DNA of 64,000 nucleotides from Octopus bimaculoides (taxonomy: Eukaryota), in the NCBI RefSeq assembly GCF_001194135.2, contig NC_068982.1:7523934-7587933 (forward strand), written 5' to 3'. Position numbers and translations under genes: made by a program. Below, in pieces: positions 34,561-48,240 of the stretch (positions within the stretch are counted from its first letter, which is position 1; each line of letters opens with the position of its first letter). The notes beneath the pieces are model-generated. The model saw only the letters and a list, made by a program, of their open reading frames with translations. It was not told the DNA's origin and did no database searches.

Positions 34561-36984
34561 TGGTAAAAAGATTTTGATAATGACATCCCAATCCTAAACA
34601 TATCGTGAAAATTACAAGAATTTACAGTGAGCTCATCTCCTACTCAAGGATGTTGCGTCATAAACATCAAACAATTTTGGGTAAGTTCACAGAAGTAGAT
34701 GTTAATAATGATGAAGTGTCCCTCATCCTCCCTGTAACTTTCGATCCACCAACGCCACTTACACATTAGTCTACATCTTTTGTGATAAGAAAATACACTA
34801 TTACAATATCATGGTTCTTATATACTCTCTAACATATTTCCCTTCAAATGTCTCTCTGTATGCATTTTGTACTGTGTTTGTTTAGAAACTTATTTTCAAG
34901 CGTAGAAGTGGTCTTGATGGTTGTCTGTGATCGTTTCAAAAGAGATGAAGGTCATTAATTAGGAAATGCATTATTTAACCGATCACTGGTGCATAACATT
35001 TGGTGATAAATAAGATAATAAATGGATTCTAGTATTTGTATGCTTTTTATCAGGCTACGAATAATATCTGCCCAATGATTCTCTCTAGTGAATTCCCAGG
35101 TACGAGTTTCTGGCTCTAAAGCCTTCTTCAATAGGAAATTCTGACGAGAGATAACCCAAAGCACATAGCATTATCTAAACCCAATCAACATCAACGATTG
35201 AGTTGCGCTAATGGACCGTATGGTCGGATAAAAGAGGAAAAAAAGCAGCATCAGCACCAAGCAGTGACATAGAATAAACGAATTTAAGTTAGTCGAAATA
35301 TGTTTGTGACATATTTTAAGTTCTAAAGGCAAATTTACTGCAGTTACCGTAGAGAAAATATATACTCTCTTATGGTAAAGGGTGCAAAAACACTATACCC
35401 GCATGGTGTTTTCAATTTTGAAAGACCAGGAGATAATGTATATGTCTAATGAAGAAAACTTCTATTACATTTCAGTGTTTATATTATAGTTTACATAACG
35501 CTTTTCATATTACCTAAGTTATATTTATCCTTTTACGTTATTTAGCTTCAAATTATATATGTATCTCTAATACGAACCAAGCAAATATACAACCATTTTG
35601 AGTTAAATTCTACATTATTTTTCCCAGTTGTGCAGCACTTTAGAAACGAAAGGATTAAAAGTTAGAAAGGTTGTTCACTTTTTACTGACGAAGATCTTTG
35701 TAACTTTGGGGCATACATAATAAAGGAAATCATACATGAAGGAGAATAAATCTTTTCTTACGATTGTTCATAAATATTATTGACATGCGGTACAAGGATT
35801 TGCTATCAGTATTCTATCGTATATCAGCGTGAATTTTGTTCTCATTTACACATTCGTAAGTTCTCTAGTTTTGTCTTCTTACCATTAGCTCTCTGTAAGG
35901 TCCGTTTTATGACTTCTTTTGAAATGGAATCTTGCAATATAATGCGAAAGAATATCTACCTTCAGAAAAATGCTCTGATTCTATAAAATCCTTCTAATAT
36001 AAGAGAACTAAAACAATTGTGTTTAAGAATATATTTCAAACAATGGCTTTCGTTGCGTTTATAATTGCTGTTGATAGTTTCATATGTTATCTGCATTGTT
36101 TACTATCGTAAATGTAAGAAGATCTATTACAAATTATAATAAAATAAATGGTGCAGCAATAATCTCATTCATCTGCTTCGATCCGCATTCTAAGTTACTT
36201 ATAGCCGATGGACAACATTTGTATGCAAGTAGCCATTGAAATATGTTATCGGGCGCACACGTATTCCTGTTTATTTGTGTGCGGTTATGTAGGCGTTTTT
36301 ATTTATGTAGGCGCGTAAGTGTTGATCAATTATTAAGCAGTAAATTTATGTTTCCTAGTTTATTTCAAATGATAAGAAATGGTTTAACTACATCCATGGA
36401 AACTTTTCCATGCTTTACATTTCGATTCTATTTACTATTCTAATCGATGGATATCTCTCATTCGTATTTCAGAGAAGGAACTATATCGTTATACATTGTT
36501 ACAAAAAGTCTTTGTTCTAATACTAAGTAAAGACCTTTAATCATAGTTCTGTAAGCAATTTTCGAATTCATTTCATGTGAAATAGGGGGTTTCGAGGTGC
36601 AAAAGAGCGTCGCGGACCACAGGTTGCTACGGCATGGGAAGTTTTGGGGTACCTGTTTTGCCACACCGGTTTGATTTGAGTTGACGTTTTGTGACATAGG
36701 TTGTCTCAGTGTTTCTCTCATTCGTTTTACTCTTCCCCCTTCTCTTTTCATTTCTCTAACCCCCTCTCCCTCTCCTCTTTTCTCTACCCTCCTCTCTCTT
36801 TCACTAAATATTTTCAAATTCAAAATGGCTGAAGATTAGCATCATGCTTGATACTCTAGAGTACCAACGAATTTGAAGTTGTGTCTCCTGTTTATATTTG
36901 TGCTTTATAATTAAATAAGTGCATTAACAATTTTATTTACAATTTAAAATATACATACATACACATCACACAATAACGCGCACT

Positions 36985-37021
<37 letters not shown>

Positions 37022-37023
<2 letters not shown>

Positions 37024-37915
37024 AAGGTGGCCCAAAAGTAGGTTTACAGTTATCACGTGGGCACCTTAAATTTCTTTTAAAACCTATTAATATATTTAAA
37101 GAAAACAAGACTGCAAAGACCAAAGCTTCTGCAAAAGCTGAGAGGTGGCACGCGGCTACCAATAGTGTACACAGAGAATACTGTACATAGATGGAAAGTT
37201 GTTCTGTGTGCAAGTGTGCTAACATCCACACAATGATCGTATATATGCAATTAATAAAGCGAACATTTCTGTAGAACAAATATTATCCTTTCAGTGCCAG
37301 AAACCTTCATCCATGATGGTATTGACAGGTGTATCCTCAGGTTGCGGGAAAACCCCTCAAATCTTCATTGAAGAGGGCGTAAAAATCAACCAACGTGTCT
37401 ATTTGGACATGTTAAAGGATAAAGTAGTCCCTTGGATTACTGCAACAATAAGGGACGAAGGTGTAACTCTGCAACAGGATGGCGCATGCGGCTACAAAAT
37501 ACGACTAAAAAACATCCAAGAATGGTGTCGAGAAAATTTCAAGGCGTTCTGGTGGATAGAGTTCTAGCCCCCGCCTTCTTCCCGCGACCTGAATCCGATG
37601 GACTTTGGCATACGGTCTATCCTTGAGAGTAAGGCCTGTGCTAATTCCCATACGTGTCTCAGACGTCTTGAGCACCAATTGCGAAAATACTGGGAGGAAA
37701 TCTCTGTAGAATCTGTTCGCGTCACTTGCTCCCAAGTTGTTCCTAGACTCTGGCATGTACTTTCCGCCAAGGGTGAATATATTGAAAAGTAAATATAGCA
37801 TCTTAATCTACATTTTCTGGGCTTTATTTGAGCATATTTAAATATGATATATCGTTATGTATCGAGATGTTATTTGAATAAATATATGTCTACACTTCGT
37901 CTGATCACCCTGTGT
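37022..37915 (+). mobile_element. Internally deleted Tc1/mariner element with a maT-like (DD37D-type) transposase C-terminus at about 37295-37792
   Basis: QKPSSMMVLTGVS..GVKINQRVYLDML..LQQDGA..EWCRENF..PPSSRDLNPMDF..ESKAC..KGEYIEK* in one frame with one internal stop (37565-37567). TA-CAAGGTGG left end and CACCCTG right end are weak TIR candidates. Confidence 0.8.
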
Positions 37916-39169
37916 ATAATAGAAAGCTGATCGAGAACATGTGCAGACATTTTTGTTATAATATATTCGGTTTTTGCAAGATTGAAGTTAATCTATTAAA
38001 CCACCCAATATCCTACTTCGATAATATATTTTTATGTTTATTTAAACTGCAAAATGTGGGATTGGGGCTCTCGAGATTTGTCTATCTATATGGATCCTCT
38101 TGTTATTATTGCGTTCCAAATATTTACATCTTGCTACTCTAAAATTTCTGCAGTGAACACTTCAGGATTTTCTCCAGTATTTCTTTGTTCGAGAAACTGT
38201 ACTTAAAACTTTTTTAGATATTTATAGAAAATTCTTTCAGTTTATTGAATGCGGAAATCGCATAAAAAATATACATAGAACTTTTGTGTGTATGGGTATT
38301 TATGTATTTATATTTAACACCTACACGTAGACGAACGTACATAGTTTGAAATAACGACCAATGTAGCTGACACGGAAAGATAAAGAAATGAGCGAATATG
38401 CAAAGATTGAAATAAATTCCTATTCAAACTTACATACATATATATGCTTAAAGCAAATTGTTCACGCACTGAATTATATTTCAAATCTCATTTTAGTATC
38501 ACAAATATAATTTAGATATTTATATCTTCTTATTTCATTTGCATAGTGAAATATTGATAGCAGTGTGTACGAGGTTGTGTAGCGTTCATTGATAGATGAA
38601 GTCTTTTATGTGCAGGAAGGATATTAACCTAACTCAGAGCCAACCTTGCAGTAAGCAGTTTTATCCATGCTGATTACAGCATGTCTAAATAAAGTATAGG
38701 AAAGGATTATATTCTTTGAACTAATAATAGAGAAACTGGTGGCCAAATCCACACTTGTTTTCAGGAACATTGTTGTTGCAGGTTTCACATAGTGGTCATC
38801 CCTACTGTTGTATTAATTGATAAAGCCGAAAAGAGTTCGAATATAATAATTATATAGTTAGAAGAGGGAAGGAAATGGAAGAGAATAGGATTGAAAACAA
38901 ACACTATGCCGACTTCAGAATGATGAATTAACGGATAAATGCAGTGAGAATTGCATGGAGACCCTTGTAGAGATATACACAAGAATCAAGGGTTAGAAAA
39001 TTTAAAATGTAGGATGCTTTTCTTAATCATAATATTTATTTCGGTAATGACATAAATGGATCACGTTGGTCAATAGGAAACAAGAACAAGGCAGTATAGC
39101 ATAAATGACTTTTAAGCATAGGTTATAATTATATATGTAAATGTATATATACTTGCATATGTGTATAGT

Positions 39170-39219
<50 letters not shown>

Positions 39220-41324
39220 AGGAGAGATGAGAATGTATGTTTGCATAGAGAAGGTCTCTAATCGTGGGTTCGTGAGAGAGGAAGAATGAGTAAAGGGTGT
39301 GGGAGAAGTGCCTTTTCATGGCGGTGCAGTCAGATATAAAGCTCTATAGCAATATGACAATCATTGAAAAAGGTGAGAAGTAGTCATCCGTTTGCTGTGA
39401 AGACGGTAGTCCTGACGGCATCCTTACATGATCCAACAGGGTTTTGATTTGGTGGAAATAACTGGGTCGATGAGTCAGTATGTTGTATTATCGTTGTGTC
39501 TTTATTTTCTGTGTACAACAGCATGGCAGTCTCTGGTTGGTTATAAATAACGTCAAGGCTTTTGCGGTGGAGAATTGTTCAACAGTTTTCTACCGGAGTC
39601 CTCTTGCAGATGAGAATCTGGATGGTTGACTATTGAATAGAAGTATTAAAAACATGTAAATATAAACAAATGTTTATGTATAAAAGAGTATGTGTGCGTG
39701 TGCGTGTGCGTGTGTTGAATACAGGTATCTACGAGAAGGAAACAGAAATACAAAATACCTGAAAAAAAACACTTGAGAAGTAAATGAAATGTCAAATCAA
39801 TTCAATTAAAACCACAAAATAAGAAGGCAAGAGAAATAAAAAAAAAAAATGTTTATGATAATGTTTATCTGAATATTTTCAGCTGTCGGTGGAATCGTTC
39901 AGAGTGAAAATGATCTAGTTTTTATTTCAAGTTCAGAACTTGAAATAAAAGTTGGAAATGCCTTGTGTGTAAACTTTACTGTATTAGTTCTTCAGATGAT
40001 CGAGTGCCTGCTAGGAAATGAAAAATGGTCACCTGCGTTGTATTTCTTGATATATCGCGAAGATAAATTTTCTGTTTTATAAGAGGCTTACAACTAAGCA
40101 TTAGTGTTTGCAGTTACTCTATCTTGAATTAAAAGCTGGCATTTCACTGGAAACTGGCAAACTACATGCTGGTCAAGGAAGCATTGCATTTTGCTGGGGT
40201 GAGTTGCACGTACCTTTTTCGATCAGTTGAACGATAGAGAAGCTTATAATGTTCCTGACTTTTCATCATTCACACATCGCCGTTTATTTGTTTGCGATAT
40301 ATGTTAGCATTCAGTGTTTAAACTGGTAAATTGCGTTCTGGTTGCGATGAGGTAATTCGAATGTGAATATAACGAGAGAATTATTTGGTGAGGTTGTAAC
40401 AGTAAAACTTGCTGTGCAAATATTGTTGACAGATTACAGTTCGGTTCTATCCATTATGACTATATCAGAACAGTATTTAGGAAATCAATGGATTCCCATG
40501 TTGTCTGGCAATATATATATAACCTAAAGGTGAAGGATAAATATAAGACCTCGAATGCGTGTTCATCATTGACATATTTATTCAGTTAATATAAATTAAC
40601 CACCTATAGAAAGCACAAAGGCCACTATGAGTGACTGTTAAACAATGGCTAGATTACACATGGATGCCCGTGTATATGTATATACTTGTATATTTATATA
40701 CGTGTTTATTAAGTCAGAGAGGGAAAGAGACCGAGAGAAAGATTAGAATGAGAGAGGAGAGATAAGAGCGAAAGAATTGTTACCACGACATTGTGATCGG
40801 GTATAAAGCCCTGTCGCACTTGAGATTTCTACAAAGGAGGAGAAATCACAAGCTATTTATTAAGCTTGACATTATTGGAATAACCGCGTAGATGAGTGAA
40901 AGGTATTCATTCCAATCACAGAAAAAGTATTAGTCTCAAAGAAGCCCATGCATGTCTCATGAGATGGTGAAACTGGTAATGTGAAACTTGTAATGTGTTA
41001 TACGAACTCACTTTTTGCAAGTTTTCTTTACTATTTTGTGTAGAATGTCGTGACAGTCACAGGTTAGTAATGAATAGTGACAAAACTTAACGTTCTACAT
41101 GACCCTGTGCTTTTAAACAATGGAGTACAGAACTCTCCACTACAACCTTGTAAAAGTTTGCATAGAATTACAGTTAGTTTCGCCGTAAAATTCGGCCGAT
41201 GCTTCATTTTAGCCAGAAAACTTTGAACTTCATATACAAACGTCGATTTCAAGCGTACAGCCAATTTGTTTTACATAGTCACAATCTCTGAATTGAAACA
41301 TTTTAGTTCACTATGTGATAAGAA

Positions 41325-41768
41325 GATTACTTCCGATCCATACAGTTCCGAGTTCGGTCCCACTCGATGGCACCTTGACGAATGTCTTCTACTATAACCT
41401 CGGATCAATCATAGCGTTGTGAGTGGATTTATTAAAGGGAAACTAACAAAAGCCCGTCACATATATATATGTGTGTGTGTTCGCATGTGTTTGTGTGTGT
41501 GTGTGTGTTTGTGTGTGTATGTGTGTGTGTTTGTGTGTGTGTGTGTGTCTTTGTGCATGTGTTTGTCCCCTACCACTGCTTCACAACCGACGTTGGTTTG
41601 TTTACCTCCTTGTAACTTACTGGTCCTGTAAAAGAGCGCGATATAATAAGTACTAGATTTTAGAACAAATAAGAAGTGCTGGAGTCGATTTGTTCCACTT
41701 AAATTCTAGAAGGCGGTGCCCCAGCATGGCCGCAGTCTAATAACTGAAACAGGTAAAACAGAAAAGAT
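41325..41768 (+). mobile_element. SINE family B, diverged, near full-length
   Basis: Partial head, central domain, TG tract, ctggagtcgatttgttccac module and cagcatggccgcagtc tail. Confidence 0.85.
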
Positions 41769-42335
41769 GAAATTACACCCAGAGACTCAGTCATAAAGAT
41801 TTTTTTATCCGTTCGTGTACACATAGGTGTTAAAAGAGACTATCGTCTACATAAACATTTACTTTATTTACACACTTTCAACAATTTCTTGTTGTGCTGT
41901 CTTTGAATAAATTCCAATATAGAGAAAAGATGGCAGGCAATTAGGCTACTAATGGAAAAAATCTATTTGTGATATATTTAATATTTATGTTTCCAAACTT
42001 GTTATTAAATTTCAGGTGTTCAAACGGATAAAATCTTAATTACTTGATTTCACGTCACAGTAAACAGGAATTGATGTTTCTGAACAGAGTGAGTCTAAAA
42101 TATTAGATTAGTCAATTTTGTTTTTACTGGTTTAACTTTCGATTTTGTTCTTTGTTTTTTTCCTTTTTACTGAAATATTTGCAATCGCATGTTAGTTAGG
42201 ATCTCAATTAGTCAGATATATTCGCATGATAAACTTTTGATATGAAAATAAATATCATTGCTTCAAATGTAGAACATAGAGTTATAAGTAATCATAGCTT
42301 CAATTCACAGGGAAGATAATCTGATTACAATGGAT

Positions 42336-42460
42336 TGGTAGTATCGTTAGGGCACCGGCCAAGATGCTTTGTGGTATTCAGCTACGGACCCCAAGTTCCG
42401 TACTCAAACTACTCCAACATAGAATATCATCTTCACGAGATCGATAAAATGATTAAGAGT
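42336..42460 (+). mobile_element. Very old SINE family A head remnant
   Basis: ggtagtatcgttagggcaccggccaagatgctt..ggtatt..gagatcgataaaat aligns loosely to the family A consensus. Confidence 0.4.
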
Positions 42461-43756
42461 CAAGAACCTAAAATCGCACAGTTGAAGCTCACTTTTTGTA
42501 CTGCCCTTGATAAAACCTCTGTTCACACGCGGAGCGATTGAGTTGGGTCTCCGGTGAGCATTTTCTTTGTTTCTCGCATGGCTAGTGGTAGTATCCAACG
42601 AATTCATGGCATGTGGCTCCCTTTGAGAATACAGAGAATATTGTTGAAGCTGTTCTGAGTATCTCATATGACGATTTGGAAGGTGATTCAGTTTTCTATG
42701 AATGTATACGTTGATGCTTAGTTATGCAAATGGTTAACAAATCTTATGATATAAATTTAAGCAAAGTGTAACACCCAAAAGGTTTGCTTTTGTCAAGTTC
42801 ACTTCCACTTCAATCTCAAAGCCGAATTCGTTGAAAGCCGTTAGATTACTTTACTTAAGGGTATCAGTTGTAATTCATGAGCGACATCGAATCGATAACA
42901 GCGTCAAATTCGATAAATCTGCAGAATTGTTTTGTTTTTTTTTGCGTTAAACATAGCGTCACCATATTACTGTTCCACAGGTCTAAGTTTGTAGATATTT
43001 TTTTTACTTCTCCCCTTATTATGAGTAGAGTTTACTAGTAAATGATGTTCTCTTCTCTTGTTGCTAGAGTCAACAATTTACATTGGGGTGAGTGGTCGAA
43101 TTTACTTCTATAGTACTTTATCATGATGAACAATTGTAAAGTTTCTTAAATGTAAATTCATCAACTCGTTTCCGATTCTCAAATGATTGATAGTGTATTT
43201 GAAACTTTGTCACACAGACAATACTTATTGGAGAAATTTCAAGAGAATTGTATGATTTATATTTGGTTATATATAAATACATTAAATTTATGCAATAATA
43301 TAAGTATATACTTCCATAAATAAACATGTATATGAATATTCCGTGAGAAATTCTTATGGTAACTTTATGATGAAATTACAAAATGGCACAAATAAATGAA
43401 AATTAGAACGTGGTATATAAACAGATGTTATAATAGTGTTATTTTACTGTATGAGTGGAAGTTAATAAGCACAACATACTTTGAAACTATACAATACTTA
43501 GGGAACAGACAATTCATGTTGAACACTGAATGCAGACTACGAAGTACAGGCTTTTGGATGTTGGGTACAGATTCTTGGATATTCAGGAAGTTAGTATATG
43601 TTGTTGTTCTTTTGTAGGTGTTTGGTCCGACAAAAACCGTTTGCAAAATGCATGGTTTATCTGAATGGGGCAGTTCGACCAATCCCTTCCTCGGTACAAA
43701 GATTCGAAACAACTAATATGATTTATGTCGTTCGACATAGGCCAGCAGGTCAGAAA

Positions 43757-43917
43757 TTGACAAACACACAAACACACACACACACACACGCATATATATA
43801 TTTATATATATATATATATACGACGGGTTTCTTTCAGTTTTCGTCTACCAAATCCTCGAGATGTTTTGTTTTGTATGGGGAGACCACATACAAACACACA
43901 AACACACAAACACACAA

Positions 43918-43949
<32 letters not shown>

Positions 43950-44206
43950 TTATATATATATACGACGGGTTTCTTTCAGTTTTCGTCTACCAAATCCTCG
44001 AGATGTTTTGTTTTGTATGGGGAGACCACAAGGGGCAGCAGTATTCGAGCTGTGGCCGTACAAAGAGGAGAAAAGTGGAATGATGACACCTTGTTCTCTG
44101 GACCGGAAGGTTCTTAAGATCCAGGAGCTCACCCTACGAGCTATATTGACCTTATTGATGATGTGGTCACTCCAATTGAGATTGTTGTCAACAATTACAC
44201 CCAGAT

Positions 44207-44210
<4 letters not shown>
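43757..44210 (-). mobile_element. CR1/L2 LINE RT fragment fused to the SINE B central domain, with a 142-bp-period tandem duplication
   Basis: RDLGVIVDNNLNWSDHI..ILRTF..(fs)VRPQLEYCCPLWSPHTKQNI joined at GGATT to GGATTTGGTAGACG.AAACTGAAAGAA.CCCGTCG. The 68-bp unique segment is identical at 43821-43888 and 43963-44030. Confidence 0.85.
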
Positions 44211-44246
<36 letters not shown>

Positions 44247-44486
44247 GATGCTGGACGTCACCAACAGTAAAGAACATGAACTACTAAAACAAATGAGTTT
44301 AATACGCAAACAACTAAACAAATGGAAAACAGGACAGGTAACATAAAGAACGACCATTCATCAATGGTCGACTGTCTACCTACACCTCATTTACATACAT
44401 ACATACATGTATACAGATAGACAGACAGGTAGACAGATAGACAGACAGACAGACAAACAGACAGGTAGGCAGACAGACAGACACAC

Positions 44487-44547
<61 letters not shown>

Positions 44548-45011
44548 CATAGGAAGCATCATGATTCTGGCAGAATTAAGTACAACCTTACGACTATTCT
44601 ACCAAAGGAAACAGTCATTTGTGTTACGGTTGCAATCAAATAACTCAAATATAATTTGATCTTTAAGGGTATACGTATCTTGTAGATATTTCAGCAATAT
44701 TAAATTTACCTAATGCGCTGTCATAAGTCGTTATGTTAAAGTAAATATTCGTATTTAATATACGTGGACATGGACAGGAAATTGTACATGTGTAAAGGTA
44801 TGAATCCCTCCTTCTATCAAAGAGTTTCTGAAATGTGATTCTCGAAAATATATCGAAACTAAGAATATACAGACAATTTTAATATAAGAGAGATAGGTTA
44901 CAAGTAATTTATTATTTCCAACAGTTTGCTTATTGCAATACTGCTGCTGCTTTTTTTGTTGTTGTCAATTGTTGTTGATGAGGATATTGATGTCGTGGTT
45001 CTCGTGAAAGT

Positions 45012-45165
45012 AGTGTTGTTGTTGTTGCTGTTGTTGTTTTGTTGTTGTTGTTTTGTTGCTGTTGTTGTTTTGTTGTTGTTGTTATTGTTGTTTTGTTGTT
45101 GCTGTTGTTTTGTTGTTGTTGTTGTTGTTGTTGTTGTTCGTGGTGGTGGTGGTGGTGGTGGTGGT
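45012..45165 (+). repeat. (TTG)n then (GGT)n trinucleotide tract
   Basis: Direct reading; the low-complexity flanks extend to about 44940-45240. Confidence 0.9.
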
Positions 45166-45677
45166 CATTGTCGGCGTCGTCCTGTACGTGCTCTTATTGA
45201 TGATAGTGCTGTTGTTGTTGTTATTGTTGTCATGGTTGCGGTGCTTGTGAGATAATTCTTGGAGGTTTTTTTATTTTATTTTTGGTGGTAGTATGTATGG
45301 ATGAGGGTAACAGTGGTGAAAACTTCCTCCAGAATGGATTATGCCAAATTCTCCAAGAAGCCAAGTGGTGATGTTAGATCAAGTTTCGGATACATTTTAT
45401 TGTATTGTGCCAGATATCCAGTTCTGGTGAGAAAAGCATGGTGACCTTAAGTGGGACGTCTTTGATGCTAATCCGTCCGCTCACTCAGATCAAAGCGAGA
45501 CTACAAAGAAATGCAACTGATTTCGAAATGCAAATCACCCTCGATGCGTTTCGGAAGAATCATTTAAATGTGCGTTTTGCTTTTTCATTCTTCATAGCAC
45601 AATGATTAGTAGGCAGCATTTAATCTCCTAGCAGCTAGCTAGTATTTTGGTATAACTATCTTTAATATCATTTACAT

Positions 45678-45850
45678 AGGTGCAGGGGTGGTTGTGTGGT
45701 AAGACGTTCGCTTCCCAACCGCTTGGTTCCAGATTCAGTCCCACGGCGTGACACCTTGGACAAACGCCTTTTACTGTAGCCTCGGGCTGACCAAGGCGTG
45801 CTTGTGAGAGGATTTGCTAAACAGAAACTGAAAGAAGCCCGTAATATATA
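45678..45850 (+). mobile_element. SINE family B, 5' half only
   Basis: aggtgcaggggtggttgtgtggtaag head through gaaagaagcccgt; it ends where the internal microsatellite would begin. Confidence 0.85.
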
Positions 45851-46412
45851 CATGGAAGTAATATTTATAGTCACATCAATATGGCTGTTTTGACGTTACA
45901 GCCGTTTTCAACCTCAGGAAGACCCTCCTCCGGCTGGTTATCGATGCAATCTTCACCCGGTATATATCGCAAGAAGGGGAGCGAACCCTCACCATCAAGC
46001 AGACGACGGGATCATCAGACCCACCGGTTTCAGGCTATTTGTGACCATCGCCAGTGGTGAACACCCTTTCGCTAGAGATAGCAGGAATTCGCTCCAGCTT
46101 GCAATATATAGAAAACCAATCAATAATCAGTCTCTGATCTTGCAACAAGCAAAGTAGCAAAGTCAAAGATAAAAAAACTGGCAACATTTCTCCCTACAAG
46201 ATTTTATCATAGTCCTGATTTCTGCATTTTACAATTCTAAATTCAATAACGTGTATCTTTGAACAGATATCTTTCAACATTATTATTACAGAATCTCTAC
46301 TCTGGTTATGAACAACACAAAAATATAAAATCAAGTTTGGATATTCCAACAAATTCTACACATCACAGGCATTGGTGATCTCTACTGTTGATATTACTTT
46401 CACAACAAGATT

Positions 46413-46630
46413 GTGGCGAACGGTCAGGATCGTTTACACGCCAGGCAAAATGCCCAGCAGCACTTTGTCCGTCTTTATATTCTGAGTTAAAGTTCCACCG
46501 AAGTCGACTTTACCTTTCAGCTTTTCCAGATCGATAAAAAAAAGTCTCTGTAGAGCACTGGGATCGATGTAATCGAATAACCACCTTTCTCCCGAAATTA
46601 CTAGCCTTTTCACTAAATTTCAAACCGATG
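46413..46630 (+). mobile_element. SINE family A, diverged, tail type c
   Basis: ctgagttaaagttccaccgaagtcgactttacctttc core; cccgaaattactagcc..aaatttcaaacc tail. Confidence 0.7.
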
Positions 46631-47737
46631 TTAATTTCATAACATAGCAAACGACTGATTTCTTTAGAGCCAGAAAATTAAGACAGTTCCCCATAATTCT
46701 TAACTACCTACAAAGTTCGAAAAACACTCAGCGAAAATTTTTGCACAATTTAATACAAATAACGAACATTTTCGGGGGAGTGATTAGCATGGAGCCACAA
46801 CCAACACACTGGAATTTCAGCCCTTTAAAGAAATTTGTTTTGCCATTTACACTACTACATTCGTCTTTCCTTCTTGAAACAGGCTGGTCTCAGTTACTTA
46901 CACACAATGCTATAAATATTACTGGGTTTTTTCTCTTATCACCAATATAGTATCTTCCAGGCATTGCGATAACGACTGTCCCTGTACTCTTTCGGCATAA
47001 TAGCAATCATTAGGAATTTATTAACTTCACGCGTTTAACCTCAGGAATAGCAATACACACATGCATACATACATACATACATACATACATACATACACAC
47101 ACACATACATACATACATACATACATACATACATACATACGTACATACATTCACACACACACATACATACATACATACATACATACATACATACATACAT
47201 ACATACATACATACATNNNNNNNNNNNNNNNNNNNNNNNNNNNNNNNNNNNNNNNNNNNNNNNNNNNNNNNNNNNNNNNNNNNNNNNNNNNNNNNNNNNN
47301 NNNNNNNNNNNNNNNNNNNNNNNNNNNNNNNNNNNNNNNNNNNNNNNNNNNNNNNNNNNNNNNNNNNNNNNNNNNNNNNNNNNNNNNNNNNNNNNNNNNN
47401 NNNNNNNNNNNNNNNNNNNNNNNNNNNNNNNNNNNNNNNNNNNNNNNNNNNNNNNNNNNNNNNNNNNNNNNNNNNNNNNNNNNNNNNNNNNNNNNNNNNN
47501 NNNNNNNNNNNNNNNNNNNNNNNNNNNNNNNNNNNNNNNNNNNNNNNNNNNNNNNNNNNNNNNNNNNNNNNNNNNNNNNNNNNNNNNNNNNNNNNNNNNN
47601 NNNNNNNNNNNNNNNNNNNNNNNNNNNNNNNNNNNNNNNNNNNNNNNNNNNNNNNNNNNNNNNNNNNNNNNNNNNNNNNNNNNNNNNNNNNNNNNNNNNN
47701 NNNNNNNNNNNNNNNNNNNNNNNNNNNNNNNNNNNGG

Positions 47738-48240
47738 CTTTCTTACCTGAGAGAAGGCATGGATAGAAATCACTCAGTATACAGAAAAAGCCCGGAGGCT
47801 TGAAGAAGACAGTAGAATTGACACGAAGCGCAACTGCTCTTGACCACAAGACCACTACTTCACATCACACTTTGAAGGTTTGCAATCCAGGAACAGGAGA
47901 TTGTCACAAAGTACCTGGTGAACAAGAGAGACAGTGACACTCTTGTAATACCACGGTGCGACTGCATGTGTAGGCTATGTCATGTTTCTGTGGAAGACAC
48001 CACGCATGTGATTAGCAGCTGTTCTAAAATGTCATCACGGTACTACCTCCCTATGTAGCACGATGTTGTTGCTAAAACAATTTAGAATGCCATCCTCGAA
48101 AAAGACTGTCCTGACATAAACTTTGAAAATCCCTCTGCTATGGAATACATTCATAAACACTAACTCAAGGAATACTGGTGGAATATTCCCATCAAAAATT
48201 CTGTCAAATGAAAGTATAACAGGCCGGATATTGTGTTATA
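47738..48240 (+). mobile_element. Second R4/Dong-clade retrotransposon fragment
   Basis: TSHFEG..AIQEQEIVTKYL; CRLCHVSVEDTTHVISSC; HDVVAKTI; EYWWNIPIK; YNRPDIVL. Homologous to 21777-22376. Confidence 0.8.

Noticed and set aside
39316-39640. GC-elevated segment that could be coding or TE-derived (similar segments at 17860-18230, 24400-24900, 45895-46110, 56090-56300)
   Set aside because: No open frame or recognisable motif; probably old TE debris, but it needs a repeat-library search.
43428-43712. 94-aa minus-strand ORF next to the LINE-SINE chimera
   Set aside because: It may continue a LINE, but it lacks the CR1 C-terminal motifs I would expect, so it was left uncalled.
44926-45255. Poly-L/V/C/G ORFs that look like a signal peptide or transmembrane segments
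   Set aside because: Translation of the (TTG)n/(GGT)n tract.
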